Source of the DNA: Squalus acanthias | Lineage: Eukaryota | Direction of reading: 5' to 3' | DNA: 64,000 nucleotides | NCBI GenBank assembly: GCA_030390025.1 | Contig: CM059431.1 | Coordinates: 108,750,001-108,814,000 of the forward strand | In this document: positions 36,770 to 50,384 of the stretch, in pieces | How the letters are laid out: every line of letters starts with the position of its first letter | How positions within the stretch are numbered: position 1 is the first letter of the stretch | The notes under the pieces: generated by a model | Seen by the model: the letters and a program-made list of their open reading frames with translations, nothing else | The model's database searches: none | Told to the model about the DNA's origin: nothing | Translations under genes and position numbers: made by a program

Positions 36770-37230
36770 AGAACATAGGAACAGGAGAGGGCCATTCAGC
36801 CCCTCGAGCCTGCGCCGCCATTCAATTAGATCATGGCTGATCTGCACTGTAACTCGCTCTATCTGCCTTGGTTCCATAACCCTTAATATCATTGCCTAGC
36901 AAAAATCTATCAAACTCAGTTTTGAAATTTTCAATTGACCCCAGCCTCAACAGCCTTTTTGGGGCGAGAGTTTCAGATTTCCACTGCTCTTTGTGTTAAG
37001 AAGTGCTTCCTGAAAGGCCTGGCTCTAATTTTAAGGTTACGCCCTCTTGTTCTGGGCTTCCCCACCAGAGGAAATAGTTTAACTCTATCTATCCTATCAA
37101 ATCCTTTAATCAGCTTAAATACTTCAATTAGATCACCCCTTAATCTTCTATACTCGAGGGAATACAAGCCTCGTCCCTGCAACCTGTCCTCATAATTTAA
37201 CCCTTTTAGCCCTGGTATCATTCTGATGAA
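36770..37230 (-). mobile_element. CR1 LINE 3' fragment
   Basis: ORF 36973-37221: LYSLEYRRLRGDLIEVFK. Confidence 0.88.
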
Positions 37231-37430
37231 TGATACAAATAAATAAACTTAAACAAGTGCAATTGGGAGTATTTCTTTGAATTAGGATCCAGGCATGTTA
37301 CTGCTGTGAATTAAGACTTAGGACATAAGCTATTAAGAACAGTTCAAATGTATGGCTCTAATAATTATCAAGGCCCAGTTTGTACTGATCAGTTTCCATA
37401 TAAGCGCCACTCCACAAATTTGAGCACATA

Positions 37431-38274
37431 GGGCTGGATTTTGCCAATGGGGAGCTTTTGGAGGCGGGACTCCCACTTTTCGGGTTTCAGTCCCGCCTCC
37501 ATCAATTTCTGGCCAACCCACGCTATTTTCCCTTGATTGACCTTGTTAAGCCCGCCCAGTGGGCTTAGCAGGCCAATTAAGGGAAAGCCGGTTACAGAGA
37601 ACGTCAACGTATGTCGTTTCATCTGTCAAAAATTTTTGACAGATGAATTGTCATTGTTTGACAGCTCTGTGAAGCTGTCAAACACTGACATTCTCTGTAG
37701 TTTGTTGAGTTCTGTATTCAAGACTCATCAAACCTCTTTCTTTTGTAGAAATGAGATGGTTGTTGCATTGGAGAATGCAACGGCCATCTGTCATCTCTAC
37801 CGCGGAGGTGCGAGACTCTCCGCATACCCAGCGACTGAAGCCTACAGGAAGAAACAAAGGTAAGTAAACTTTTTCTAATACTTTGCACTTACCTCAGATA
37901 CTCACCTCTCCACACTTGCACCCATCACTCACCTTCACAGCACACTTTTGCACCCCTCCGACCCCCGCAGACCCACTACTCGCCTCGGTGACCCTGGCGG
38001 GGTTCGGAGCCTTCGGGAAGCCCGCACTTGTGAGGGCAAAATGGTTATAAGCCTATTTTCTGCCTGTTAACTACCTGTTAACAGGCAGTTAAGTGGCTGT
38101 AATCCCTTCCTGCCTCCAAGGAGACGGGACCCAGCGCGGGACGACTACCCGCCTCCTGGCAAGATGGCATGGAGGGGGGTTGGGGGCAGGTTGGGCACCC
38201 GCCCCCAAATTCTGCCATTTTCACGGCAGTCCCGCCTCCAAACCCGCCTCCCCAGGGCTGGCAAGATCGCGCCC
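37431..38274. mobile_element. Harbinger MITE (844 bp) inserted in a DeuSINE
   Basis: Left TIR GGGCTGGATTTT identical to that of the 58797 element; right end GGCAAGATCGCGCCC; TSD ATA. Confidence 0.82.
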
Positions 38275-38660
38275 ATAGTCTAGGCTGACACTTCTGTGCA
38301 GTGCTGAGGGAATGCTGCACAGTTGAAGTGCCATTGTTTGGATGAGAAGCTAAACCGATTATTAAATGTCTGACCTCTCAGGGTGCGTTATAGATCCCAT
38401 GGCACTATTCAAGGAAGAGCAGGGGAGTTCTCCCCGGTGTCCTGACCAACATTTATCCCTCAACAACATCACTAAAACAGATTATCTGTTCATTATCACA
38501 TTGCTGTATGTGGGAGCTTGCTGTGCGCAAATTGACTGCCGCATTTCCTACATTGCAACAGGGACTGGAATTCAGAAAAAAAGTACTTAATTAGCTGTGC
38601 CGTGCTTTGTGACATCCTGAGATTGTGAAGGGCACGATATAAATGCAAGTTCTTTTTTTC
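38275..38660 (+). mobile_element. DeuSINE body (5' stub at ~37407-37430)
   Basis: TTGAGCACATA|...|GTCTAGGCTGACAC rejoins when the MITE is removed. Confidence 0.8.
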
Positions 38661-38729
38661 GTTCTTCTTTATTTGTCTCCTATGCTTCTGATCTCTGATC
38701 TCTTACTTGGACAGAAATTCCTACTCTCT

Positions 38730-39452
38730 AAGAACATAAGAACATAAGAAATAGGAGCAGGAGTCGGCCATTTGGACCTTCGAGCCTGCTCCGCCATTCA
38801 ATAAGATCATGGCTGATCTTCTACCTCATCTCCACTTTCCTGCACTATCCCCAAATCCCTTGATTCCCTTAATATTCAAAAATCTATCGATCTCTGTCTT
38901 GACTATACTCAATGACTGAGCCTCCGCAGCCCTCTGGGGTAGAGAATTCCAAAGATTCTCCACCATCTGATTGAAGAAATTTCTCCTCATCTCAGTCCTA
39001 AATGGCCGACCCCTTATTCTGAGACTGTGACCCCTGGTTCTATACTCCCCGTCCAGGGGAAACATCCTCCCTGCATCTACACTGTCAAGCCCTGTAAGAA
39101 TTTTGTATGTTTCAATGAGATCAGTCTGGTGAATCTTCGTTGCACTCCCTCTATGGCAAGTATATCCTTCCTTAGGTAAGGAGACCAAAACTGTACACAA
39201 TACTCCAGGTGTGGTCTCACCAGGGCCCTATATAATTGCAGTAAGACGTCTTTACTCTTATACTCAAATCCTCTTGTAATAAAGGCCAACATACCATTTG
39301 CTTTCCTAATTGGTTGCTGTCCATGAATGTTAACTTTCAGTGATTTGTGTACAAGGACACCCAGGTCCCTCGGAACACTAACATTTCCCAATCTCTCCAC
39401 ATTTAAAACATACTCTGCTTTTCTATTTTTCCTACCGATGTGGATAACTTCT
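38730..39452 (-). mobile_element. CR1 LINE 3' fragment with an internal deletion
   Basis: Near-identical to 3284-3846; ORFs 38826-39200 and 39077-39400. Confidence 0.9.
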
Positions 39453-39728
39453 CTAGCCTATCACTGGATTCTTTGACAAGACTGCGCTAATAACAGCTAT
39501 AAAAGATGGAAGAGAAATTTACAATACATCAGTGTCAAGTACAACAACATGGAATGGATCAATACACTACCATTCCATGAGTAATGTAGGAAGAGGTTTG
39601 TATTGTATTCGTCTTACAACATAAGGTTGTTATTCCCACTGTTGGAACAGACAGTGCAATTCCGGGTTGATAACATGCATGAAAGCAACTCTTGCTCAAA
39701 TTAATTTAAATTAATCATGGATGCTTAC

Positions 39729-39748
39729 CGACTTCCCAGACAAATAAA
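39729..39748 (-). CDS. Candidate 20-nt microexon
   Basis: TTTCATGTTTGTAG acceptor and CG|GTAAGC donor in unique sequence. Confidence 0.25.
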
Positions 39749-40261
39749 CTACAAACATGAAACTTACAGAGATCTGTTATTTTATTTAGATAATGAAAAT
39801 AATAAAGATTATTTAGATCAGCAGGACAGCTACTGACATCTACTATCCTAACAACATCGCATATTTCAATTCACTTCAGGTAACAGCAGAGTCTCCACTT
39901 GGCTGTCATTTATCCTTCCCCTAAATGATATCTCCAGAACTTAAGCTTTTAACCATCTAGTTTTCCAAGGTGCTTAAAGTGCTTCACTGAAGAAGCCTTG
40001 CTTTATTGGATTGGGTAGGTTACTGACATCAGAACTGAATGTGGATTTGATTTTTGATTCAACAAATAGAAATGGTGAATAATGAGGGTTTTGTCTAATC
40101 CCCCTGTAGGCTCTTGCAAACACTCCTGAGTGCATCAGAGTTGATGTTGTGACCCCCGCTCCTCGGTGTTTTTTTCTCATCAGATCAGTCGGAAGAAGTA
40201 AGTGGAGAGCCATTTTATTATGTTGAATTTTCACCAATAAATAGGCTCGGAAACAAGATTG

Positions 40262-40485
40262 CATAAGGTAATATAACGTCTGCCTTTTCCTACTGAAAGC
40301 TGGTTTTGAATCCAGCCCAGACAGATGGGAGGGATGTCCCCGCCGCCCACCCCCCCGCCTCCCCCCGCCCCCCATCCGTCTTCTGCTTGTGAGGAGGCCC
40401 TATGCGAAATTGTGATTGGACAGTCTCATCTCAATTCCTAGTCAGCGAGGATCGCAACAGAAAAAATGTTCTTAATTTGGCTTCG
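40262..40485 (+). mobile_element. Degenerate LF-SINE-like element
   Basis: TTGAATCCAGCCCAG; GGCCCTATGCGAAATTG..GTCTCATCTCAATTCCTAGT resemble the recalled LF-SINE consensus. Confidence 0.55.
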
Positions 40486-41537
40486 GGAGACCCTGACTGG
40501 CAGTCCCGCGCAAAACTGTCCTTGAATAGAAATGGTGGCATGCATTTACAGTGGCACAAAATGTCCTGCGCATGAACTTCGCCAATATTGGTTTTCAGTC
40601 ATTATTTTCTGCCACTATGGTAGGCAGATCAAGCAAGTACCATATGAGAATTGAGCCAATGCAATAAGGATAAATATAGTGTATTCTTTATAAATTTATG
40701 TTTTGATTACTACTAATGTCTGTCTAGTCAAGAGATTGGAGGTCCAGTCTGCGATAGTCCACTATGGCAGGATATGCATCTGTTTTCCTTACAGGGATGA
40801 CTAGTTGGGAGGTGGGGTGGGGAGAAGGGCTATTTCTGTCGCTGATCCCTGGCAATAGTATACATACCTACTTGAACTGGGGAGAGTCTGGAGTACAGTC
40901 CTAGTGTGTATTGTGGTTGGGGTGGGGTGGGGTGGGGGGGGGGCTGGTGTCAGATGGGAGAAAAGTGCCAGAATGGGCTGGGAGGAGGTGAGAGAGGAGT
41001 GCCAACATGAACTGGGGGGGAGGGACAAGAATGCAAAAATGAATTGGGGAGCAGAAGAGTGCCAAAATGAGCTGGGGGAGGGAGACAGGTGGCACTCTGT
41101 TATCATGACGACTACACAAAGACTTTAAAAATTAAATGCAATTACAGAGACTACCAACACATATCCACAATAGCCAGAAGTTTCTCCACAAGAAATGGAG
41201 GGACACCTCTGTGATTTTTGCCACAGTCGTCCATTGTACAAACACTGAGTGCACCCGGACTTTAGTGTAATTACAAGTCAAAATCCAATATTCAGGGCTG
41301 TATTTGAATATCGGTTTTTGTTTTGCAGGTTGGCATGTACTCCATAAAGATGAGAGAATGTGTCTCTATTTTCTCCAATGATATAGCAACTTTTATACTT
41401 GTGCCATTTTAGATCAGATTCCAATAAAGGAACCAGGTTTCATAGCGTAAATACTGGAGATGGCTCACAGGCACAGATCTCCCATAATCTGACCTAATAT
41501 AGATGCAGCTAAAGTGGAAAAGAAGGATCCAAGCTCT

Positions 41538-41683
41538 CTGAGATCGATAGATTCTTGCTGGCCAAGGGTACAAGGGATATGGAGCCAAGGCGGGTGGATG
41601 GAGTTAGGATACAGATCAACCATGATCTCATTGAATGGCAGAAAAGGCTCGAGGGGCTGAATGGCCTCCTCCTGTTCCTATGA
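41538..41683 (+). mobile_element. CR1 3' tail
   Basis: GAGATCGATAGATTCTTG..GAATGGCCTCCTCCTGTTCCTATG. Confidence 0.75.
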
Positions 41684-41869
41684 TGGCCAGAACAAACTCA
41701 CAAACCAGCAAGAAAAATCGCAAGTAACCCTTCTGATAGTCTCAGAAGCCAATTACAGAAAAAAAAAGATTCCTGGAAATTAATCGACATCCCTAACTTG
41801 TTTTTAGAATGACAGGTGAGAAGTACCAATAAAGTTGCTTTGATTTATATATTTGAACTCATCCAGCTA

Positions 41870-42092
41870 ATACACACCATCCTGACTTGGAAATATATCA
41901 CTGTTCCTTCATTGTTGCGGGGTCAAAATCCTGGAACTCCCTCCCTAACAGCACTATGAGAGTACCTTCACCACACGGACTGCAGCGGTTCAAGAAGGCG
42001 GCTCACCACCATCTTCTCAAGGGCCATTAGGGATGGGCAATAAATGCTGGCCTTGCCAGCGATGCCCACATCCCATGAATGAACAATAAAAA
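41870..42092 (+). mobile_element. CR1-clade (second family) 3' end
   Basis: Near-identical to 44630-44850. Confidence 0.82.
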
Positions 42093-43277
42093 ATATATAT
42101 ATATTTTTGCCGTTTCTATGGACACAGTCACCTTAGAGCTAAAACTTGTGATAAGATCTTCATCACAACGTAACAAAAGGCAGCCTGGAGCTTTTCAATT
42201 CTAAGCTTCTGAAAGAACATCTATTGGACATTCACATGTAAGTACAACAATGGAAGTAATTACTGCATTGGTGAAAGTGTAAATATCTTGTCAACAACTT
42301 AATGGTAGAAGGGAAAAGAACTAAAGAATCAAGCAGGTAGGAATAGAATTGGAAATAGAGCTGTTATTACAATATCAAAACTATACTGACTTCACTAGTT
42401 TTTAAAGTATTCTACAGTGTTTATTATTGCAAGTGAGTCACAAGTTTTGAAAAATAGCATTAACAGATAATTAAAGGTGTGATCTCACTCCTATCAGTTG
42501 GATTTGCATTGTGTGTGAAAATGATTGCATGTTGGATACAGTTTTTCTGGTCAGGTTTTGATTGTAGCTGTGAAGCGCCTTGGGACATTTTTTACTTTTA
42601 AAGGTGCTGTATAAGTGTGAGTTTTTGTTGTAGGCTAAATGACTTATCCAAAATATACGCCACAGTGACCCTGAGCCTACTCATAATGGCGTTAAGTTAA
42701 TCTACACAATGGGACATTAATTAAAAATGCTCAAATGTTCTGCTCCAAAACTATAAATGAACTGCATGGCTCAGTGACAGGGAGCAAAGGGTGGTGGTGG
42801 ATAGAAGTTTTTCAGACTGTGAGGTGGTTTGCGGTGATGTTCTCCAAGGAATAAATGAATAGGAATCTTGATGATATTCTGACTGAAAGAGGCAATAATG
42901 TCTTTCGACGCTTCACATTCTGGTCAGTGAAGGATACGGTTTTAAAATTACTGATGGATGCAAAAATAATAATCATAGCAATATTGATAACTGCTATTAA
43001 ATGCATGTCCATAACAGTAAAGCTTCTGAAGTCTGACAAATATTTTTTTGTTCATAGTCATTGAGCATACATTAAGTAAAGAACTATTCATCCTTATTGT
43101 CTATAAAACTCTTAATCACGAAAACATCTTCAGTTTTTGGCTAGTCCAAAGTCAATTAATAACTTTTGTTCATATCTCCCTTGATGATTGTCCAATATTC
43201 ACTCTCTCAGATTCTTCATTATAAGCCTATCATCATTTTGGAAATGGGGCAGGAGATGATCATGATGATGATGAGAT

Positions 43278-43589
43278 ATCACAGAATCCCCACAGTGCAG
43301 ATAGAGGCCATTTCGGCCCATCGAGCCTGCACCGACACATATCCCACCCTATCCCCGTAACCCCACCTATTTAATCCCCCCTAACACTAAGGGTCAATTT
43401 ATCATAGCCAAATCAACCTAACCTGCACATCTTTGGACTGTGGGAGGAAACCGGAGCACCCGAAGGAAACCCACGCAGACACGGGGAGAATGTGCAAACT
43501 CCACACAGAAAGTCACCCGAGGCCGGATTCGAACCCGGGTTCCTGGCGCTGTGAGGCAACTGTGCTAACCACTATGCCACCGTGTTGCC
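43278..43589 (-). mobile_element. HE1-like V-SINE
   Basis: Near-identical to 18976-19283. Confidence 0.85.
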
Positions 43590-44189
43590 TATCTAGTAAA
43601 GAGAAATAGACCACAGCCCATAGCGACAAGGGAAATGAATGATTGCATTAAATGTGCTATTGATCCACGGGAGGACTTCCACATTTATGGCATGGTCCTC
43701 GACATGACCATCTCTGGTTTTCGCACACACCGTGGAGAAATTGGTTAAACAGATATAGTGACACAGCAGCCACAGTGGACGGGAACTGGTCTATAGTCAC
43801 ATCTTTTACACCACCAAAACACACAACAGAAAGGCATTAGTCTGATACAGCTGATCATTTCAAATATCTGATATATGTTGCTGTACATTGTGAAATGAAA
43901 TACTTCAAAGTAGGTTAAATTTTCAAAATCAACCTCGGTTTTCTAGCTCCTAATTAGTGACACATGATAGCTATGGAATCCAGCTGCCTCTTCTCGTAGC
44001 TAGAAGATGTTGCCGTTGAGAGCTCTCTCTCGAGAGAGAGACCACTGAAAACAGGCGGGTGTTGATTATTGGTTAGATTCCAGTGTCGTTGTGGCTGATC
44101 TGCCACCTTAAAGTGTGGCCTGAAGGAAGATCCTTCAGGTGGCATGTTCTCCCAAGGTTATTTATAAATTCTGCAAACAGAGAATATTT

Positions 44190-44853
44190 AACCATTGACC
44201 AGAAACTTAACTGGACCAGCCACATAAATACTGTGGCTACAAGAGCGGGTCAGAGGCTGGGTATTCTGCGGCAAGTGACTCATCTCCTGACTCCCCAAAG
44301 CCTTTCCACCATCTACAAGGCACAAGTCAGGAGTGTGATGGAATACTCTCCACTTGCCTGGATGAGTGCAGCTCCAACAACACTCAAGAAGCTCGACACC
44401 ATCCAGGACAAAGCAGTCCGCTTGATTGGCACCCCATCTACCACCTTAAACATTCACTCCCTCCACGACCTGAGTACCGTGGCTGCAGTGTGTACCATCT
44501 ACAAGATGCACTGCAGCAACTTGCCAAGGCTTCTTCGACATCACCTTCCAAACCGTGACCTCTACCACCTAGAAGGACAAGGGCAGTAGGCGCATGGGAA
44601 CACCACCACCTGCAAGTTCCCCTCCAAGTCACACACCATCCTGACTTGGAAATATATCAGCCGTTCCTTCATCGTTGCTGGGTCAAAATCCTGGAACTCC
44701 CTCCCTAATAGCACTGTGGGAGTACCTTCACCACACGGACTGCAGCGGTTCAAGAAGGCGGCTCTCCACCACGTTTTCAAGGGCAATTAGGGATGGGCAA
44801 TAAATGCTGGCCTTGCCAGCGATGCCCACATCCCATGAATGAATAAAACAAAA
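44190..44853 (+). mobile_element. CR1-clade LINE 3' fragment (same family as 21853-22870)
   Basis: TIDQKLNWTSHINTVATRAGQRLGILR..VRSVMEYSPLAW. Confidence 0.9.
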
Positions 44854-45607
44854 AGAACTACACCATGTGGCAGCAAGTTTCACATTCTAACCACTGTCCA
44901 AGTAAAGAAGTTTCTCCTGAATTCACTTTTCGATTTATTGGTGACTATTTTATAATTATGGCCCTTAATTCTGGTCTCACCTGCAAATAGAAACATCTCC
45001 TCTATGTCTATTGTACTTATATTGCTCTTATGCTGTACATTAAGGAACAAAATTTGAAAGTACACTGTCTGATTTAAACCCCTTGAACTTGGTGCCTCAC
45101 AGTGGTCTATTTTTGGACAAATAGTTTTTTTTTACTGTAATGACATACACAAGTCTGTCTGCACTCCAAAAATACATGTGTTTATCGCTGTAATGTACAC
45201 TCCCGAATCTACTCGAAGTGTTGACGTATTCATTGAGTATATGTCACGTTCCTCGGTAGTTAGCCCACTCTCAGCGTGAAATGAATGCTGCATTTATATC
45301 ACAGCGCTGATGCTCGCTGCAGCCTGGATTTTTAGTGGCTGCCCTGTAATATAAATAACCAGTGCCTCTGGTATCATTGAGCATTGCCTCGAGCAAACCA
45401 AAATGGCTGCCGGTAGCAACAGTGAATGATGCGTACTACCGTATTTTCTGGCTATGGACAGGCTGAGCACTTCGTCTGACCACAGATGCCCGCAGTGCTG
45501 TTTTTACATTGTTGGTCCATTTGGAGATTCCCTTAAACTGTCAGGGAAAGTTCCATTGGCAGAGAATTATAATCCCAAATGCAGCTTGTGCACACGGAGT
45601 TATCTTT

Positions 45608-47135
45608 ATTGTTAACGGTTCGCTCTCCTCAGGTACTGTCCCCCTCTCCCTCAAATCTGCCGTCATCACCCCTCTCCTCAAAAAAACAAACCTTGATCCC
45701 TCCGTCCTTGCAAACTACAGCCCCATCTCCAACCTCCCTTTCCTCTCCAAAGTCCTTGAACGTGTTGTCGCCTCCCAAATCCGTGCCCAGCTTTCCCGCA
45801 ATTCCATGTTTGAATCCCTCCAATCAGGTTTCCGCCCTTGCCACAGTACTGAAACGGCTCTCATCAAAGTCACAAATTACATCCTTTGTGACTTCTTGAC
45901 TTGTCTGCAGCCTTTAACACGGTTGACCACTCCATCCTTCTCCAACGCCTCTCCACCGTCGTCCAGCTAGGTGGAACTGCACTCTCCTGGTTCCATTCTT
46001 ATCTATCTAACTGTAACCTGCAACGGCTTCGGCTTCTCTTCCCGCTCCCACATCGTTACCTCTGGTGTCCCCCAAGGATCTATCCTTGGCCCCCTCCTAT
46101 TTCTCATCTACATGTTGCCCCTTGGTGACATCATCCGAAAACACAGCGTCAGTTTCCACATGTACACTGACGACACTCAGCTCTACCTCACTACCTCTTC
46201 TCTCGACCCCTCCACGGTGTCTAAATTGTCAGACTGCTTGCCCGACATCCAGTTCTGGATGAGCAAAAATTTTCTCCAATTAAATATTGGGAAGACCGAA
46301 GCCATTGTTTTCGGTTCCCGCCACAATCTCCGTTCCCTAGCCATTGACTCCATCCCTCTCCCTAACATCTGTCTGAGGCTGAACCACACTGTTCGCAACC
46401 TTGGTGTCATATTTGACCCCGAAATGAGCTTCCGACCACATATCCGCAGCATAACAAAGACCGCCTACTTTCACCTCCGTAACATCGCCCGTCTCCGTCC
46501 TTGCCTCAGCTCATCCGCTGCTGAAACCCTCGTCCATGCCTTTGTTACCTCTAGACTTGACTATTCCAACGCACTCCTGGCTGGCCTCCCACATTCCACC
46601 CTACGTAAACTTGAGGTCATCCAAAACTCAGCTGCCCATGTCCTAATCCGCACCAAGTCCCGTTCGCCCATAATCCCTGTGCTCGCTGACCTACATTGGC
46701 TCCCGGTTAAGCAGCACCTTGATTTCAAAATTCTCATCCTAGCTTTCAAATCCCTCCATGGCCTCGCCCCTTCCTATCTCTGTAATCTCCTTCAGCCCCA
46801 CAACCCCCCGAGATATCTGCGCTCCTCTAATTCTGCCCTCTTGAGCATCCCTGATTATAATCGCTCAACCTCTGGTGGTTGTGCCTTCTGTTGCCTAGGC
46901 CCTAAGCTCTGGAATTCCCTCCCTAAACCTCTCCTCCTCTCTACCTCTCTTTCCTCCTTTAAGATGCTCCTTAAAGCCTACCTCTTTGACCAAGCTTTTG
47001 GTCACCTGCCCTAATTTATCCTTATGTGGATCAGTGTCAAATTTTTTGTCTTATAATACTCCTGTGCAGCGCCTTGGGACGTTTTGCTACGTTAAAGGCG
47101 CTATATAAATACAAGTTGTTATTGTTGTTGTTGTT
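45608..47135 (+). mobile_element. L2 LINE, 5'-truncated, with RT ORF remnant (45971-47014)
   Basis: [63 protein letters not shown]; (TTG)n tail. Confidence 0.93.
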
Positions 47136-49516
47136 TATGTTGCTACCAATGCTCCTAAATGCATCACATAATGTAAAGAGGACAAATTCCAGAGTATTAG
47201 GGCCTTCAGATATTTCAGACCCACTTCATAAACACTGCAGAAGAGCAATATAAATACAATATAAATCAATTTGATTGGATTCATCATCATATTTTCCCAA
47301 TAAAAGCTATTTATTAATCAACATGTATAAATTAAATTTCAAGAACTTTCCTTGTGTAAAATAGCTAGGTAGACAGTTAGGCAGTCCACTGTTCTTAAAG
47401 GATCACATCTCTAAATTAATGGGCAAAATATATCAGCAAAAAAAATGCAACACATAGCTGGCCTGACAGAACCTTATATTTACTGTATACAATGCTACCC
47501 AGTCATGATAATTACAGTGTGGGGTGGAACTAGCAGTTAAACAATTAGATGCTGGACAAACTACAAGCATTGAGGGACAAAGCATGTACTGAACTGCAAT
47601 CCGAGAACATTAAAGGAGGTGCCACCAAACTCAAGTGGCTTCCACTCTCTACTGGAGATTACACAGATACTACAATTATAATGTAACAACGTTCTGTAGC
47701 GTTAGCCCCTAATTATTACATAGAAAACTAACTATTACTGAGAGCAATTCGTGCACACCGTGCAGCAGGTCACAATTCTGGTAATCTGCATGTCCATCAA
47801 GCGAAAACATATAAATGCACACTTGCCCTTCCCCCCTGCTTCAGAGGTTAATAGTGAACAATATTGATTTAATTTGTGGCCAGCACCTATTATGAGTTTA
47901 ACATAAAAGGGGCAAACCTTTGCTCTGTGCGTAAAGTTAAACAGAACTTATTTTTACTAAACCGTCATTATAAATACCCCCTAGTTCAGTAAAATGACAT
48001 CTCTTTCAACTTTACAGGCAGAGGAAAGCCTAAGCTTAAGATTCAGCGAAGGGTCAAATGCTAAACGTATACAGCTGCCCAGATCCAGTAGTGAGACGTA
48101 GGAGGTACAGGAAGTGTGCAACCTTCTGAGCTGATGAATTAACCAAAGACACAGTTCTTGCATGGCTGGTCCATGTGGACCATCCCCTTACATCAAGGAA
48201 GCTCCAATGGCCAGAGAATTAAAATCCCCGATAAGACTTTTCAGACACAATTATTTTTTGTGTTGTTACTGGGAGTTCCTAGATTTCGCCAGCAACGCAA
48301 AGAGGGTGAATTCTAGAGCATGAGCAGCCTTCACACATTGCAGAACCATCTTTTGCCTATTGCAACTAATATTTGTATAGTATAATATATCCGTGTTGGT
48401 GGAGGTAGCGTCGTCATTGGGAAAAATTATGTCGAATAACTGGTTTACCTGTGTGTATTTGCATTGCTAGATGAGATGCATCTTTGTGAAGGGTTTCCAC
48501 ACAAGACAGATTAGACTATAACCATGATTCTATGTGTGTATGGATATCGATTATGTGTACATGAATTAATGTTGTAGGAACTCCATTGTTTAAGTAAACT
48601 ACATTAATCTTTGTTAGTGCACTCCTGACATTGCTTAACTCAGAGATTTAAAGGAGTCTCTCCACTATTATACCAACATTGCCTCATTACAAGAAATGAC
48701 AGCTATACTGAATTAACCAATTCGAAGTGTTAATGATTGTACTTTATTGATTGGCATTTTTTGCTTTGTGTTATGTACTGTACTTTGTCTATTAGCTGTG
48801 CTTGGATAGGAACTGTAAATGTGCTTCACTAGACTAAATTGTAGGAATATATTTAGAAGATAAATGAACATAACTCTATTAGCATAGGCCATTTTAATCG
48901 AATTGATAAAATACACCAAACAGAACTAGAACAACTCGGGTTGATTTTAAATCCACAGCTTGTTTTAGTTCAATTAATGACGTATGTTCTGAAATCAATG
49001 ATGGTTTTATTATATTGGATAAATGACTTCCAGGCAACATGGCCTTGCTTCTGTCTTCTAGTTTATCTTTGACTGCATCATACAGCATAACATTAACGGA
49101 GGACCAGGATTAAGCACAACCTATTTTCAAGCACAATTCAGAATCAAATACAGAAGTCCAATGCACTGTTTTATTCACGCTCGTTAAAGAGAAATTCTGA
49201 TTTAGGTGTAATCTTACGAAGCCATAACGTTTCTTTATTTATTAGGGGTCATTAGTAACACCTGTAATATTGCTCTAGCTTGCCATAACGTAGTAATAAC
49301 ATCATAAATTATATTGTCAAACTTTTGTTAAATTTTTTGTGTCAACATTTCCCATTGTGTCAACATTTATAATAGATCTTGCCTCTGTACACTCATCAAT
49401 GAGATTACACAATTTGGACACTGGGTTCCCACAAATAACTCCTAATGCTTTCTGAAATGTCTTTTAAAATATTTTTTTCTTAGTAACTGAAATTTATAAT
49501 GTCCAAAATTAAAGGA

Positions 49517-49590
49517 TATATATATATATATATATATAGATAGATAGATAGATAGATACAGATATAGATAGATAGATATAAATAAATAAA
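49517..49590. repeat. (TA)n/(GATA)n microsatellite
   Basis: Seen directly. Confidence 0.9.
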
Positions 49591-49616
49591 ATGACTATGT
49601 TCTCAATACCCACCTG

Positions 49617-49975
49617 TTAAAATTCTCATCCTGGTTTTCAAATCCCTCCATGGCCTCGCCCCTCCCTATCTCTGTAACCTCCTCCAGGCCTACAATTCTC
49701 CAAGATATCTGCGCTCTTCCAATTCTGGCCTCTTTTTAATCGCTCTATCACTAGCGGCCGTGCTTTCAGCTGCTGAGGATCTAAGCTCTGGAATTCCCTC
49801 CCTAAGCCTCTCCACCTCTCTTTCCTCCTTTAAGACGCTCCTTAAAACCTACCTCTTTGACCAAATATCTCCTTATGTGGCCCAGTGTCAAATTTTGTTT
49901 GATAACGCTCCTGTGGAGCACCTTGGGACGTTTTACTATGTTAAAGGTGCAATATAAATGCATGTTGTTGTTGTA
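49617..49975 (+). mobile_element. L2 3' fragment
   Basis: Matches 46725-47130. Confidence 0.85.
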
Positions 49976-50384
49976 GCTTTTGCTTTCTGGTTTATGAACT
50001 TCAGAAAGTGTATTAAGTAGAGAGAGAGAGAGAGAGAGAAAACACACACACTGGGGAAGCAGAGAGAGGTGATTGTAGGTGAGGAAGAGAGAGCGAAAAA
50101 GGAGCCTTTCTTCATTCAATGTTACTTCAATTTTCAAGAGAAAACAGTGGAATGCTAAAGCCAAATAATGATCTCATCTGTGCCTTTGTTCAGTGTTGCA
50201 AAAGATCAATTCTAATCGCTTACACCTGTGAGACAGAGATTCTCTTTTCTAACATTTATGAGACAGAGGGAGAGGGACAGCAGGAGAGAGACAAAGAGAC
50301 AGAAAAGCAGGCCGGCAGATTATTTTCCTCACTCCAATTTTATTTCATTGAAAAAATACAAGTTAAATTTTTTAAGCAAACAAA

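Noticed and set aside
39974..40375. 133-aa minus-strand ORF
   Set aside because: Starts in a C-rich run inside a SINE relic; no recognisable motif or splice support
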